Source: a bacterium
Lineage (GTDB): Bacteria; SAR324; NAC60-12
Assembly (NCBI GenBank): GCA_965205865.1
Contig: CBDBHR010000030.1
Coordinates: 832,001-896,000, forward strand
Direction of reading: 5' to 3'
Length of the DNA: 64,000 nt
Shown: positions 43,418 through 53,616 of the stretch, piece by piece
Layout of the letters: each line of letters opens with the position of its first letter
Position numbering within the stretch: the stretch's first letter is position 1
The notes under the pieces: generated by a model
Seen by the model: only the letters and a program-made list of their open reading frames with translations
Told to the model about the DNA's origin: nothing
Databases searched by the model: none
Made by a program: the position numbers and the translations under genes

Positions 43418-43945
43418 TGGGGGGACTGCCCAGGGCTTTTGCCGCCAGAAAGTAATCATTCTCTTTAATGACGATCACGGCGCCCCGGACGACGCGGGAG
43501 CCTTCCACCCCACCAGCGATCCCCAGCACCAGGATGATCTGGAGCAACCCCTGTCCCACAATGGACATGATGGTCAACAACAACAGCAGCCCCGGGAAGG
43601 CCATCCAGGCATCGACAAAGCGTTGCGCAGCCAGGTCCAATTTCTCGCCAAAGTAGCCTGCAGTGCCGCCGATCAGCACAGCGACCAAGACATGGAGCGT
43701 GGTCGCTGCCAGGCCGACAAATATCGAAATTCGAGCCCCATGGATCAGGCGGCTCATGAGGTCCCGCCCCAGATGATCGGTGCCCAGGAGATATCGGCCC
43801 GATGGGCTGGTCAGCCTGTCTGCCAAGTGGATTTCACCCGGCTTATATGGAGCCACCACACCGGCAAAAATGCTGACTAAAACCAGTAACAGGACGACCA
43901 CTCCCCCGAGAGTACCCAGCGGCTGCTCCTTGAGCAGCCTTCGCA
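43410..43945 (-). pseudogene. dppC fragment
   Basis: LLKEQPLGT...KENDYFLAAKALG; both ends truncated. Confidence 0.85.
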
Positions 43946-44129
43946 GCAACACGCCCGGGAAGTGGCAACAACAGAAAGCAGATCTGCAGGAACAGATCGA
44001 GCAGTGGGAGAAGGAAGGGTGAAGCCTTCAAAGTGGATATATGATATTGGCCAATTTAAACCTATTTTAGTGCGTCGCTCATCTCTTTGACAGCCTCGTC
44101 GTCAAGTTTGATGTACTCTAAACCCGCTA

Positions 44130-44539
44130 TTACCGGGGTGAGATAACCCTGCTCACTCACCTCATCAACCGCGCCAAGCTGCGATCTCATCGACCGCCTT
44201 TCGCGCTTCACGCTCCAGAAACCATAAATCCATTCCGTAGCCTATCCAACGAATGCCACTCTCCAACAATGATTTGACCGTGCTTGCCGTGGGCGGTATC
44301 GCCCACTGACAGAACGCGATCCCTTTCCTCTGGCACATGGCACGGACGTGGTCTCTGGCTTCAGTTATCTGGGGATGGTCAAACTGGCCGGCGATACCCA
44401 GCAGTTGTGAGAGATCGGCATGGCCTACCCAGACCACGTCTATCCCGGGGATGAGAATCTCCTCCAAGTTCTCGAGTGCCTCCGGAGTCTCAAGAATAAG
44501 GCCGAGCAACGTGTTGGCGTTAGCGTGAGCGCACGCTGC
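44130..44539 (-). pseudogene. Near-identical duplicate of the aldolase 3' half (cf. 27168-27577)
   Basis: Direct sequence match including the downstream flank. Confidence 0.85.
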
Positions 44540-44601
44540 GGATAATTAATAATTCCCCGACTCTAACTCCCTTGCGACCCGATTGGAGAGAGTGTTTGCT
44601 G

Positions 44602-45571
44602 CTAAGCGAAGGGGTTGAGCAGTCTGGCGAGGAATCCTCGTTTGCGTTTCACCATCGCAGATGCCGTAACTGCCCTCACCTCCCCGCAGCCGGGGATCCA
44701 GCAGGTCCCTCACCGCGTCGCCGAACATGTTGAGGGAGTAGACGACAATCGTCAGGCAAAGCCCCGGCCAGAGAGCCAGCCATGGCGCCTGCTCCATGTA
44801 TCTGCGCCCTTCCCAGCTGAGCATACCTCCCCACTCAGGAATCGAGGCTGGCAGACCGTATCCGAGGAAGCTCAGAGCGGCCACACTCAGGATCACCCCC
44901 CCGATGTTGATGCTAAATATGATGATTACGACAGGCATAATATTGGGCAGGACGTGCCGGATAAGCGATCTCATTTTGGTACTGCCAATTGCCCGCGCCG
45001 CCAGAAAGTAGTCATTCTCTTTAATGCCGATAACGGCGCCTCTGACTACTCTTGAGCCGCCGATGCCTCCGGCTATCCCCAGGACCAGTATTATCTGTGG
45101 CACACCCCTCCCCGCTATGGACATTATGGTTAACAAAATTAGCAGTCCCGGGAAAGCCATCCAGGCATCGACAAAGCGCTGCACCACCAGGTCCAATTTA
45201 CCACCAAGGAATCCTGAAATGCCGCCTATCAGGACAGCGACGACAACATTGAGAGCGGTCGCGGCTAGACCGACAATTAACGAAATACGAGCCCCGTAGA
45301 TAATGCGGCTCAAGAAGTCTCGCCCAAACTGGTCGGTACCCAGCAGATACTGGGCTGATGCGCCCTGAAACCTGTCTGCCAGGTGCATTTCACGATATCC
45401 ATAAGGGGCCAGAACATCGGCGAAGATAGCGACAAAAATCAATATCAATATAATAATCCCGCTGATAGTACCTAGTGGCTTCTCCCCCCACAGCCTGATA
45501 AAGAAATCAGCCAAGGCGTTGCGTCTCTTCGTTTCCGCTTCTTGTACCGGGATATCTCTAACCTGACTCAT
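44602..45571 (-). CDS. DppC-like permease with a frameshift in the C-terminal tail
   Basis: Intact to GEGSYG; the conserved KRKRG..NPFA* tail is in another frame. Confidence 0.8.
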
Positions 45572-45575
45572 CCAA

Positions 45576-45858
45576 CTACCTGTACCGGACCCTGGGGTCA
45601 AAATAGGGATAAATCAGGTCGATAAACAGATTGACCCCCACAACCGCGGTGGCGAAAACCAGGTTTACTCCGGAGACCATCGGGTAGTCTCGTTCCTCGA
45701 GTGCATTCACCATCAAACGACCGAGCCCCGGCAGGTTGAAGACGTTCTCCATGATCACGGAGCCGCCGATCAGGATAGGCAACTGCATGCCGATCAGGGT
45801 AACTACCGGGATGAGGGCATTTTTGATGGCGTGCCGCACGACAACCACCCGCTCCTTC
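45576..45858 (-). pseudogene. 3' dppB fragment
   Basis: KERVVVVRH...DPRVRYR. Confidence 0.85.
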
Positions 45859-45953
45859 ATTTCAATCGAGAAAATAAAAGACAAATTAATATTTGATCGC
45901 GCCAAGGTAAATCCGAAGCGTTGGGATCGGGAGAAATCCCGTGAAATTTGTTA

Positions 45954-48040
45954 GTGTTACCCAGTGGGTGCTCACAGGAACATATGTGAAATTCCCATCA
46001 GACCAAAGTTTAGCCAACAGGTCAGTAGCGAAATCCGCGTGCGTCACAGTAATGTGGGGTATGAAGCCGGATAGAGCAAGAGTGTAGGCCGCGTGATTGA
46101 GCCTCGAAATAGAAATTGTTGTGGTTTGTATAACTCCCTCAGAGGACTATGATGGAGGAAAGCCGACGGCGTTCAAGTGTCGGAAGGCAGCAGTCCGAGT
46201 GTGCATTAGGGCTAGCACGAGGACACCACCGGGGTCGAAGAGCGGGGCATGCGCTTACAGGGGTAGCTCGGGAACTTGGGAGAACCTGTTGTCTCCATGC
46301 CTAAAATCGCCGGAAGCAAGGTGTACCGGCTTACCAAGAGACCTGGCGTTAGGGGGCGGCTTCCAGCCTCCTGACGAGTCCCAGTGGGAAACACAAAGAA
46401 GAGAAAGCGGGCAGGGTATCGGAAAGCAAGTCTAAACAACGAGCGATTTGAGAGGGGCAATGAGGTAGTCTTAGCGGAACATAGTACCGATGATTAGAGC
46501 CTTAAGGCTGTGATTGAGAAAGTGGGGAACGGAGACCCAAGGGACCCATCGTAGGGAAGGTGAAGCCGGGCATAACGTTCAGTCGAACAGAACTATAGGA
46601 GAAACTTTGAGTTCACTAACTATCTCAACAAAACTTCGACAGATTGCAGAGCAAGCCAAAGGCAATCCTGGAATGATTTTTACCAACTTAGCCCACCACA
46701 TGGACGTTGACTTTCTGCGAGAGGCGTATCGCCGGACCCGTAAATCGGGAGCACCGGGGGTGGACAAGGTGACTGCGAAAGACTATGAGCAGAACCTTGA
46801 AGCAAACCTTCTCGACTTGCATGAACGCTTGCGTAGTGGACGGTACGTAGCGCCGCCGGTTAAACGTGAGTGGATTGACAAGGAAGATGGTTCAAAAAGG
46901 CCGTTGGGGTTGCTAACGTTTGAAGACAAAATCGTTCAAAGGGCCGTTCTGATGCTGTTGGAAGCGATCTATGAGCAAGATTTCCATGACGTTTCCTATG
47001 GTTTTCGGATCAAACGTGGACCCCAGAAAGCACTCAAGGAGCTACGGGAAGAGTGCATGAGGGGGAACGTGGGATGGATACTGGATGCCGATATCAGTGG
47101 ATTTTTCGACAATTTGGACAAAGGCCAGTTGCGAGAATTTATCAAGCAACGGGTCAACGACGGCGCGATATTGCGGTTGATAGGAAAATGGTTGAATGCG
47201 GGGGTCCTGGACGGAATCACCCTGACTCATCCCGAGACGGGGACTCCACAAGGGGCGGTCATTTCACCAATCCTGGCCAATATCTACCTGCATTATGTCC
47301 TGGATGAATGGTACCTAAAAGAGGTCAGACCTCGTCTAAGAGGCAGAAGCAACCTGGTTCGTTTTGCTGATGACTTTGTCATCAGTTTTGAACAGGAAGC
47401 CGACGCCCAAAGAGTGATGGCCGTCTTGCCTAAACGATTTGCTCGCTTTGGCTTGATGATACATCCTGAGAAAACGAAGCTGATTGCATTCAGAAAACCG
47501 GTAGCCAATACGATTGCCGGCAAAGGAAAGGGGACCTTCGACTTCTTAGGATTCACCCATTACTGGGCCAGATCACGCTTTAGTTATTGGGTGATCAAGA
47601 GGAAGACAGCTTCCAAACGAATGAGACGAGCAATGAAGCGACACTGGCAATGGTGCCGGGGCAACCGGCATTTGCCACTGGAGGAACAGTACAAAGCTCT
47701 CTGCCAGAAACTACGCGGATACTACCAATATTTTGGGGTTCGTTGCAATATGCAACAGCTCAAGGTGGTGTACAAACATGTGGAAGAGGCATGGAAGTAT
47801 TGGCTGAGCCGACGCAGTCGCAAAGGAACGGTCTCTTATGAAAAGTTGGAAAAGCTGAGACTCATTTTTCCGCTCCCGAAACCCAGGATCGTCCACGACA
47901 TCTAAACAGGCTTGCAGGGTAGTAAAGTTATGCGTTAGAGGGGTACCAATCCCTCTAATTACCGAGGAACCGTATGAGCGAATTGTTCACGTACGGATCT
48001 GCGGGGGGGCTGGTTGGGTAACCACTGGCTCTACCCGGAC
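45954..48040 (+). mobile_element. Group II intron (5' boundary approximate)
   Basis: Domain V GAACCGTATGAGCGAATTGTTCACGTACGGATCTG and domain VI ending CTCTACCCGGAC just after the RT ORF. Confidence 0.85.
46514..47905 (+). CDS. ltrA: Group II intron reverse transcriptase/maturase, no endonuclease domain (start uncertain)
   Basis: APGVD, KRPLG, DADISGFFD, GTPQG..ISP, RFADD, FDFLGF, LRGYYQYF. Confidence 0.92.
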   Translation: MRKWGTETQGTHRREGEAGHNVQSNRTIGETLSSLTISTKLRQIAEQAKGNPGMIFTNLAHHMDVDFLREAYRRTRKSGAPGVDKVTAKDYEQNLEANLLDLHERLRSGRYVAPPVKREWIDKEDGSKRPLGLLTFEDKIVQRAVLMLLEAIYEQDFHDVSYGFRIKRGPQKALKELREECMRGNVGWILDADISGFFDNLDKGQLREFIKQRVNDGAILRLIGKWLNAGVLDGITLTHPETGTPQGAVISPILANIYLHYVLDEWYLKEVRPRLRGRSNLVRFADDFVISFEQEADAQRVMAVLPKRFARFGLMIHPEKTKLIAFRKPVANTIAGKGKGTFDFLGFTHYWARSRFSYWVIKRKTASKRMRRAMKRHWQWCRGNRHLPLEEQYKALCQKLRGYYQYFGVRCNMQQLKVVYKHVEEAWKYWLSRRSRKGTVSYEKLEKLRLIFPLPKPRIVHDI

Positions 48041-48065
48041 CCCTTTCTTAATATTTGATCCCTTT

Positions 48066-48152
48066 CCATTTCTTTCTTCAGCTCCTGGTCAAACCATAGG
48101 CGGGCGAAGATGAGCAAGCGGTCCTGCATTGAAAGCCAGACTTCCCCGTTAT
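48066..48152 (-). pseudogene. SBP 3'-end stub
   Basis: NGEVWLSMQDRLLIFARLWFDQELKKEM. Confidence 0.8.
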
Positions 48153-48158
48153 TCGAAA

Positions 48159-48404
48159 TTATTTCTTTTTAAGAGCCTCTTCAATCTCGTGATCCGTGAA
48201 CCCGAATTGTCGAAAGATACGTAAGACATAGACCGATGAGAACTCATGTAATCCCGTATCAATGGGAACCACTTTTTTATTTTTGTTCCATTTTCTCACG
48301 TATAAAGTATGATCTCCTTTGCCTTGTCTATAAAACTCAATCCCAGCAGTCTGCAGTAGTTTGATCAGTTGTCGTGGCTTCAGGGAGGGGATATTGCTAG
48401 GCAT
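48159..48404 (-). CDS. hicA: HicA-family toxin
   Basis: LIKLL...RQGKGDH. Confidence 0.8.
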   Translation of the reverse strand: MPSNIPSLKPRQLIKLLQTAGIEFYRQGKGDHTLYVRKWNKNKKVVPIDTGLHEFSSVYVLRIFRQFGFTDHEIEEALKKK

Positions 48405-48660
48405 GAACAGCGTGTAATTCTAAAACCTCTGTCAGGGATTCGTTGCCAGCGGTTATAAACTCATGGAGTTCATCGATAGAAATGGGAGATGTGCCAATTT
48501 CGGGATCGTCAGCGATGGCTTCCTTTAAGCTTGTCAGGGCATCATTCAATTTTTCAAGCGCTTCTTCTTTGGTGATCCCTTGGGCGGTCACACCATTTTC
48601 AAGGCAAAGCGCCAGGACATATTTACCAATTCTCCGTGTGGTGTATGTGTAAAAATCCAT
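48397..48660 (-). CDS. hicB: HicB-family antitoxin
   Basis: ALCLENGVTAQGITKEEALEKL. Confidence 0.8.
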   Translation of the reverse strand: MDFYTYTTRRIGKYVLALCLENGVTAQGITKEEALEKLNDALTSLKEAIADDPEIGTSPISIDELHEFITAGNESLTEVLELHAVHA

Positions 48661-48875
48661 ACCATTTCCTGAAAGAGATACACCTGCTATTTTAAGAATT
48701 TATTCAATTGATTAAGACTATCTTACAAAAGAAGGAGTGAGTCAATCTCTTTTTTAATAGTCTCCTGGGCAACCTTCTACTTATTTGGCGAATCTTCATC
48801 AAGGGAGTAGAGGAAAATATTCGAATCGACTCAGAATACTAAAGGGTTGAGCTGCAATTTTTCTTTTCGAGTTGG

Positions 48876-48908
48876 AAGAAACCCTCCTCTCCGACGGAGG
48901 GGAGGGTT
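48876..48908 (-). terminator. Intrinsic terminator after an orphan SBP (related copy at 53552-53588)
   Basis: ACCCTCC...GGAGGGT hairpin followed by U-rich sequence on the minus strand. Confidence 0.6.
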
Positions 48909-48933
48909 CGAATGCGGATAGTTGGATTCTTAC

Positions 48934-50751
48934 CTAAAACCCCATTTCTTTCTTCAGCTCCTGGTCAATCCAGAGGCGGGAGAAGATGACCAGACGATCC
49001 ATACTGCCCAGCTGGACTTCCCCGTTATACCCTTTGACCCACGGCTGGTTCGAGTTGAACTTGGCAGGGTGAGGCCCCCAGACATACCCCTGCTGCTCGA
49101 TCAGGACCATATCTGCCTGCCTGGCGTGCCTGATCTGCTCCTCAATGGTGGTCGCGGCTTCGACCGCTTCAATGATGGCGTCCAACTCAGGGTCCTTGAT
49201 TCCGGAGACGTTCCACACGGAGGTCGAGTGACCCCGCCAGCGTACCAAAAAAGCAGCATCCATATTCCAGCCACCAATCGTACCGAACAGACCTTCCCAA
49301 GTCCGTTCGTTTACCAGAGGCATCATAGTAGCTCGGTCGAAGGGTTTAATCTCTGCATCAACGCCAATGGCCTTCCAGTATTCGACCGCTAATTCGGTAT
49401 AGTTTAAATCAAACTCAGCGAAGTGGTTCACCACAGTCTTGAAACCATTGGGATAGCCCGCTTCCTTCAAAAGCTTTTTGGCCTCTTCCGGGTCATACCG
49501 ATAGCCTTTCTTGACCGCTTCAGGCCACTGCTCAAATGGGATGTAATACCCGCTGATTTGATCCCCGACCATCCCCTGAGGTGTCGCATTGGCAGTCCCC
49601 TTAAAGTAGGTATTGTTGATGGTCTCCAGGTCCAGTGCCATCTGCATTGCCTGGCGCACCCGGATGTCGTCAAAGGGCGGCTTGGTCGCGTCCAGGGCAA
49701 AAACCGTCTCCGCACGATCCCACCATGGGTTCAACACGATTTCGGGGTTGGTCCGCCGGAAGCTCTCTATCTGGTCAAGAGACGTTATATGAGAGTCGCC
49801 GGCAGGGAAACCCAGGTAATCAATCTTACCCGAGCGCATTCCCGCCAGGCGTGTCGCTTCCTCTTTAATAATCTGGCCCTTCAACTCGTCCACATAGGGC
49901 AAGCGGTTCTGGGGGTATTTTTCGTCGGTGTCCCAGTAGTCCGGATTCTTCGTCCAGGTCATCGAGCTGCCGTCGACCCAGTCGGTCAGCCTATAGGGCC
50001 CGGTGCCGACGAATCTCCGCCAGTCCTTCGCGTCGCCGTATTGCTGGATCACCTCGGGGGGTAACATAAAAGTAGCGGCGTCCAGGATTAACTTCAGCGC
50101 CTTGAGGTTTGGCTCCTTCAGCCTCATCACAACCGTCGCATCGTCAGTGGCCGTTATCGATTCCCATGGCAAAGGCTTGATAAATGATGCGGAACCACCG
50201 GGGCTCACTTCGGTGAAGCCGCTGCCCAGAGCCAAATACCGGTGATAGTTATATTCGATATCCTTGGCCGTCAATGCTCTCCCATTCATCGGCGCCTTGT
50301 CGTGCCAGTGAACGCCCTGGCGGATTTTGAAGACATAAGTCAGCGGGTCAGGTTGCTCCCAGCTTTCCGCCAGTGCCCCTGTAAAGGCAGAGAGAGCAAT
50401 GTACTGACTTGAGAAGCTAAATTCGTCCCGATCGATTCCCCAGTTTCCGATGCCCAGCTTCTCTGCAACGCCACTGATGGCTGCTCCCGGCGAGTGCGTG
50501 AACCAGGGGTCCGTGTGCGGAGGTTCGAGTTTCATGGCAAAGGTCAATCTCCCGCCGTACGATGGTGCAGTCACGACCTTACCTGTGCTGGGATCCGTCA
50601 CATACTTCTTCTCCGCAGCGGCTGTCGGGCCGACCCAGAGGGTTGCGCCCAGAATGAAAGCCAGCAGCACCGAGAGGAGTTTCATGGCAGACCTGGGGCC
50701 TGCCGGGTTCAGCCCCACGAAGGAGGCGACAAGTTTTTTTATAATACTCAT
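48934..50751 (-). CDS. Family-5 SBP with constant leader (no adjacent permease)
   Basis: MSIIKK start; SBP family-5 motifs. Confidence 0.9.
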   Translation of the reverse strand: MSIIKKLVASFVGLNPAGPRSAMKLLSVLLAFILGATLWVGPTAAAEKKYVTDPSTGKVVTAPSYGGRLTFAMKLEPPHTDPWFTHSPGAAISGVAEKLGIGNWGIDRDEFSFSSQYIALSAFTGALAESWEQPDPLTYVFKIRQGVHWHDKAPMNGRALTAKDIEYNYHRYLALGSGFTEVSPGGSASFIKPLPWESITATDDATVVMRLKEPNLKALKLILDAATFMLPPEVIQQYGDAKDWRRFVGTGPYRLTDWVDGSSMTWTKNPDYWDTDEKYPQNRLPYVDELKGQIIKEEATRLAGMRSGKIDYLGFPAGDSHITSLDQIESFRRTNPEIVLNPWWDRAETVFALDATKPPFDDIRVRQAMQMALDLETINNTYFKGTANATPQGMVGDQISGYYIPFEQWPEAVKKGYRYDPEEAKKLLKEAGYPNGFKTVVNHFAEFDLNYTELAVEYWKAIGVDAEIKPFDRATMMPLVNERTWEGLFGTIGGWNMDAAFLVRWRGHSTSVWNVSGIKDPELDAIIEAVEAATTIEEQIRHARQADMVLIEQQGYVWGPHPAKFNSNQPWVKGYNGEVQLGSMDRLVIFSRLWIDQELKKEMGF

Positions 50752-50884
50752 AATAACCTCTTTTATTTGAGGGTTTTGAGAATGATTCACCCGCTGTGGG
50801 GCGAATCGGAGTTTCGCGGCGGACACGACGTCTGCCACAGGGAACTCTCTGCAGAGGGCGAAAAGTTTCTTCGCGAGCATCTTC

Positions 50885-51390
50885 ATCCGGACTATTTTTT
50901 TGACCAGAATGGGTCTTTTTTGAGGAAAATGAGCGTTTGGAAACCGAGCCCTTCTATTTATATAACAGAAAAATACTCAAATTGCTGATATTAAATGACA
51001 TTTCTTCAATTTCACAGGATGAAATTTGTTTGATACAGTGTTCAGATGGCCAAAATCAGCAAAAAATATTTTTGATGAGTTTTCCCAAAATATTCGTTTC
51101 TTGAAAATAGGTGAATACCATTAAATATCATGTGGTTATCTAATTTTCGGCCAAGCACTATTTATATAACGTACCAAGAGCCAGAATCTGACAAAAAAAA
51201 TCAAATTTTCTCAAAAATCTCCTGAAATCGCTCTCTGTCATCCGGACTATTTTTTTGACCAGAATGGGTCTTTTTTGAGGAAAATGAGCGTTTGGAAACC
51301 GAGCCCTTCTATTTATATAACGTACCAAGAGCCAGAATCTGACAAAAAAAATCAAATTTTCTCAAAAATTCCCCGAAATCGCTCTCTGGC
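50885..51390 (-). repeat. Promoter repeats (2 units), proximal unit interrupted by a 191-bp AT-rich insert
   Basis: CTATTTATATAAC duplicated at 50954-50966 and 51158-51170. Confidence 0.85.
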
Positions 51391-51957
51391 GCGGTGCAAC
51401 TGTTGGGCGATCCGGTGCTTTTCCGTTTGGCTCAGTTCCTCTCTAGGAAGCTCCAACTCCTCGGCGGCAAGGGCTTCAAGGGACAGCCCGTCCCAATAGC
51501 AGCGGCGCAGCAGCCGAGCGGTCTGGGGATGCTCGTCTTCCAGTTGTGTCAGGGCCCCTCCTACCCGGTCAATCTTCTCTTCCTGCAATTCCGCCGACTG
51601 GGCCTCCCACCAGGCCTGCATAGAGCGCAGCTCATCCACCTCTTCCGGGGCAGCGACTTCCGGCTGCCGTTTGTCACGTCTGATTTGGTCCAGCAGATGA
51701 TTCTGAACGACTCTGTACAGCCAACCCAGGAAGGCTTTATCGGCCTCGCCTTGGAATTTCTCCAGCTTGCTCTCCCACAAATCCTTCCAGATTTCCTGAA
51801 CCACCTCATCCGCCTGATGGAGGCTCCGATACTTGCCAATCAGCGATTGGGCAGTGTGGACGATATATGCCCTGTAGTGTTGGTACAACTCCTCAAAAGC
51901 GTCTTCCTTCCCTTGAACGGACCCCTCCAGCAGTTCCCGCAATGTTTTCCGGTTCAT
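51352..51957 (-). CDS. ECF-type RNA polymerase sigma factor (intact)
   Basis: Region 2 (DEVVQEIW, WLYRVVQN.LLD) and region 4 (QLHRAR); 201 aa. Confidence 0.85.
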   Translation of the reverse strand: MNRKTLRELLEGSVQGKEDAFEELYQHYRAYIVHTAQSLIGKYRSLHQADEVVQEIWKDLWESKLEKFQGEADKAFLGWLYRVVQNHLLDQIRRDKRQPEVAAPEEVDELRSMQAWWEAQSAELQEEKIDRVGGALTQLEDEHPQTARLLRRCYWDGLSLEALAAEELELPREELSQTEKHRIAQQLHRARERFRGIFEKI

Positions 51958-52148
51958 CGTTGGACTCGGTTTTGATTTTCAGCCAAGAACGCCCAAGAAC
52001 AGCCTCAATATAGGAAAAGCAAGAGGGAAACGCAAGGTGGGGAAAACCGGCCTTGCCATGGAAACCGTTTGCAACTGATTTGGAGTCCTTTTTGTTCTAA
52101 TTGTTCGGCGACTGTCATAAGAACCTCGTGAGCCTCTTCTATCATCGT

Positions 52149-52424
52149 AAATCCGGGGACAGTTACTAATTAATTGCAATGGATTCCTTCATTTGATAAT
52201 GGTTGTAAATAATTATCGAGCATTGAATTTTCACTTCAGCAATGGGAGGTAAGCTAGCCAGGTTAGCGAGAGTGGTACTTCCAGGGGTCCCCCATCATGT
52301 CACCCAAGGAGGGGTTCGCTCCATAAAAATCTTTTCAAGTGACGAGGATCGCAGAGAGTATCTCTCTCTGCTCAACGCGCATGGAGAAAAAGAAAGATAA
52401 AAATTAGTAACTGTCCCCGGATTT
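52149..52424 (+). mobile_element. 276-bp MITE with 23-bp terminal inverted repeats carrying a RAYT N-terminal remnant
   Basis: AAATCCGGGGACAGTTACTAATT / AATTAGTAACTGTCCCCGGATTT; internal ARLARVVLPGVPHHVTQGG..IF..DEDR.EYL. Confidence 0.85.
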
Positions 52425-52479
52425 TTCTAAACAAAATAGAACCTCTGGGCGGCACTCCCCCTCCTCCAAAAAGACCCAT

Positions 52480-53112
52480 TACGAGGTCTTTGAGTTCATG
52501 GCTCTTTTGGCAGGGCATATTCCTTCCCCATACGAAACCATCACTTATTATTATGGAATCTACAGTAGTTCGTACCGAGGGAAGGAAAGAAAAGAAAAAG
52601 AGGGGGCGGCGTGCAACGAGAGCCCGATGGAAATGGAAAAGATTAAAGGGAAGGCTAAAACCAGCGTAAGTTGGGCACGCCTGATCCATAAAATCTTCGA
52701 AGTGGATCCTCTCTTGTGTCCCAATTGTGGCAAAGCAATGAAAATCATCGCTTTTATTACCAATCATCAAGAAGTCAAAAAAATTTTAAAGCACATCGAA
52801 GAAGAAACCGAAAGAGCCCCTCCCCTCCTTCCCTCTATCACGAGCTATCAGTCGGAAGATTCCTATGACTGGGGAGACTTCCCACCGGATGAAGCTTATT
52901 TTTGTGATGCGAAATGGGGCCTTTAAACCTCAGGGATCACCTTGTCTCAAATCCGGCATTTTCCGACCAGCACAGAAGAAAAACGCTAAAAAAAATTCAA
53001 TAGCTCCCTCCCCTCAAGAAACCTGCCAAAAAATCAACAAAATCCTTCCTAAATTTCCCTTTACACACCTATTTACAGATGCTATCGTTTTGTGAAATTT
53101 TGATTTTCCTAT
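52480..53112 (+). mobile_element. IS91-family 3' part: transposase C-terminus (52498-52926) plus oriIS-like end
   Basis: HIP...YYGIYS, SWARLIHKIFEVDPLLCPNCG..MKIIAFI; end TTTGATTTTCCTAT. Confidence 0.75.
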
Positions 53113-53354
53113 TTGGCATTGCACTCGCCCTCGAACATCACCCTCAATTGGTTTTAATGGAGGAACTGAAAGGCCGAAATGTTGCCCGCTCTTTAAATAT
53201 TAATATCTCAGGATCAGTGGGAATTCTGATTCAAGCGAAACAACAAAATAAGATTGCTGCTGTTCGTCCGTTTTTAGAACAAATGCTTCCACAGGGAGTC
53301 TATTATAGTTCTACGTTTGTACGAGCAGTACTGGAACAAATGGGGGAAGAGTGA
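53113..53354 (+). pseudogene. DUF3368/PIN C-terminal fragment
   Basis: IALALE..LVLMEELKGR.VA...GSVGILIQAK. Confidence 0.7.
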
Positions 53355-53616
53355 TTTGAAGGCTTGAACACTAGCCTGGGGAGTTTCTGAGTTCCCACTC
53401 AATCTGTGTGCCTTGGCAGGTCGCACTAATTTGCCTGTCCCCTTTTGTCCCCTTTTCTGAGCATCCCTCCCCAGCTGGGAACCTTGGGGGGCAGACCGAA
53501 GCCGAGAAAGCTCAGCGAAGCACTCCGCCGCCGTACGTCGTTCGGCTGCCAAGAAAAACCCTCCCGTCCGCGATGCGGATGGGAGGGTCCGAAAACGGTT
53601 AGCTGCTTCTTGGCTA

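Noticed and set aside
46514-47905. RT as a diversity-generating retroelement or retron driving SBP variation
   Set aside because: It has group II intron motifs, a maturase domain and domains V/VI. I saw no TR/VR pair with adenine-specific mismatches, and SBP divergence is gene-wide.
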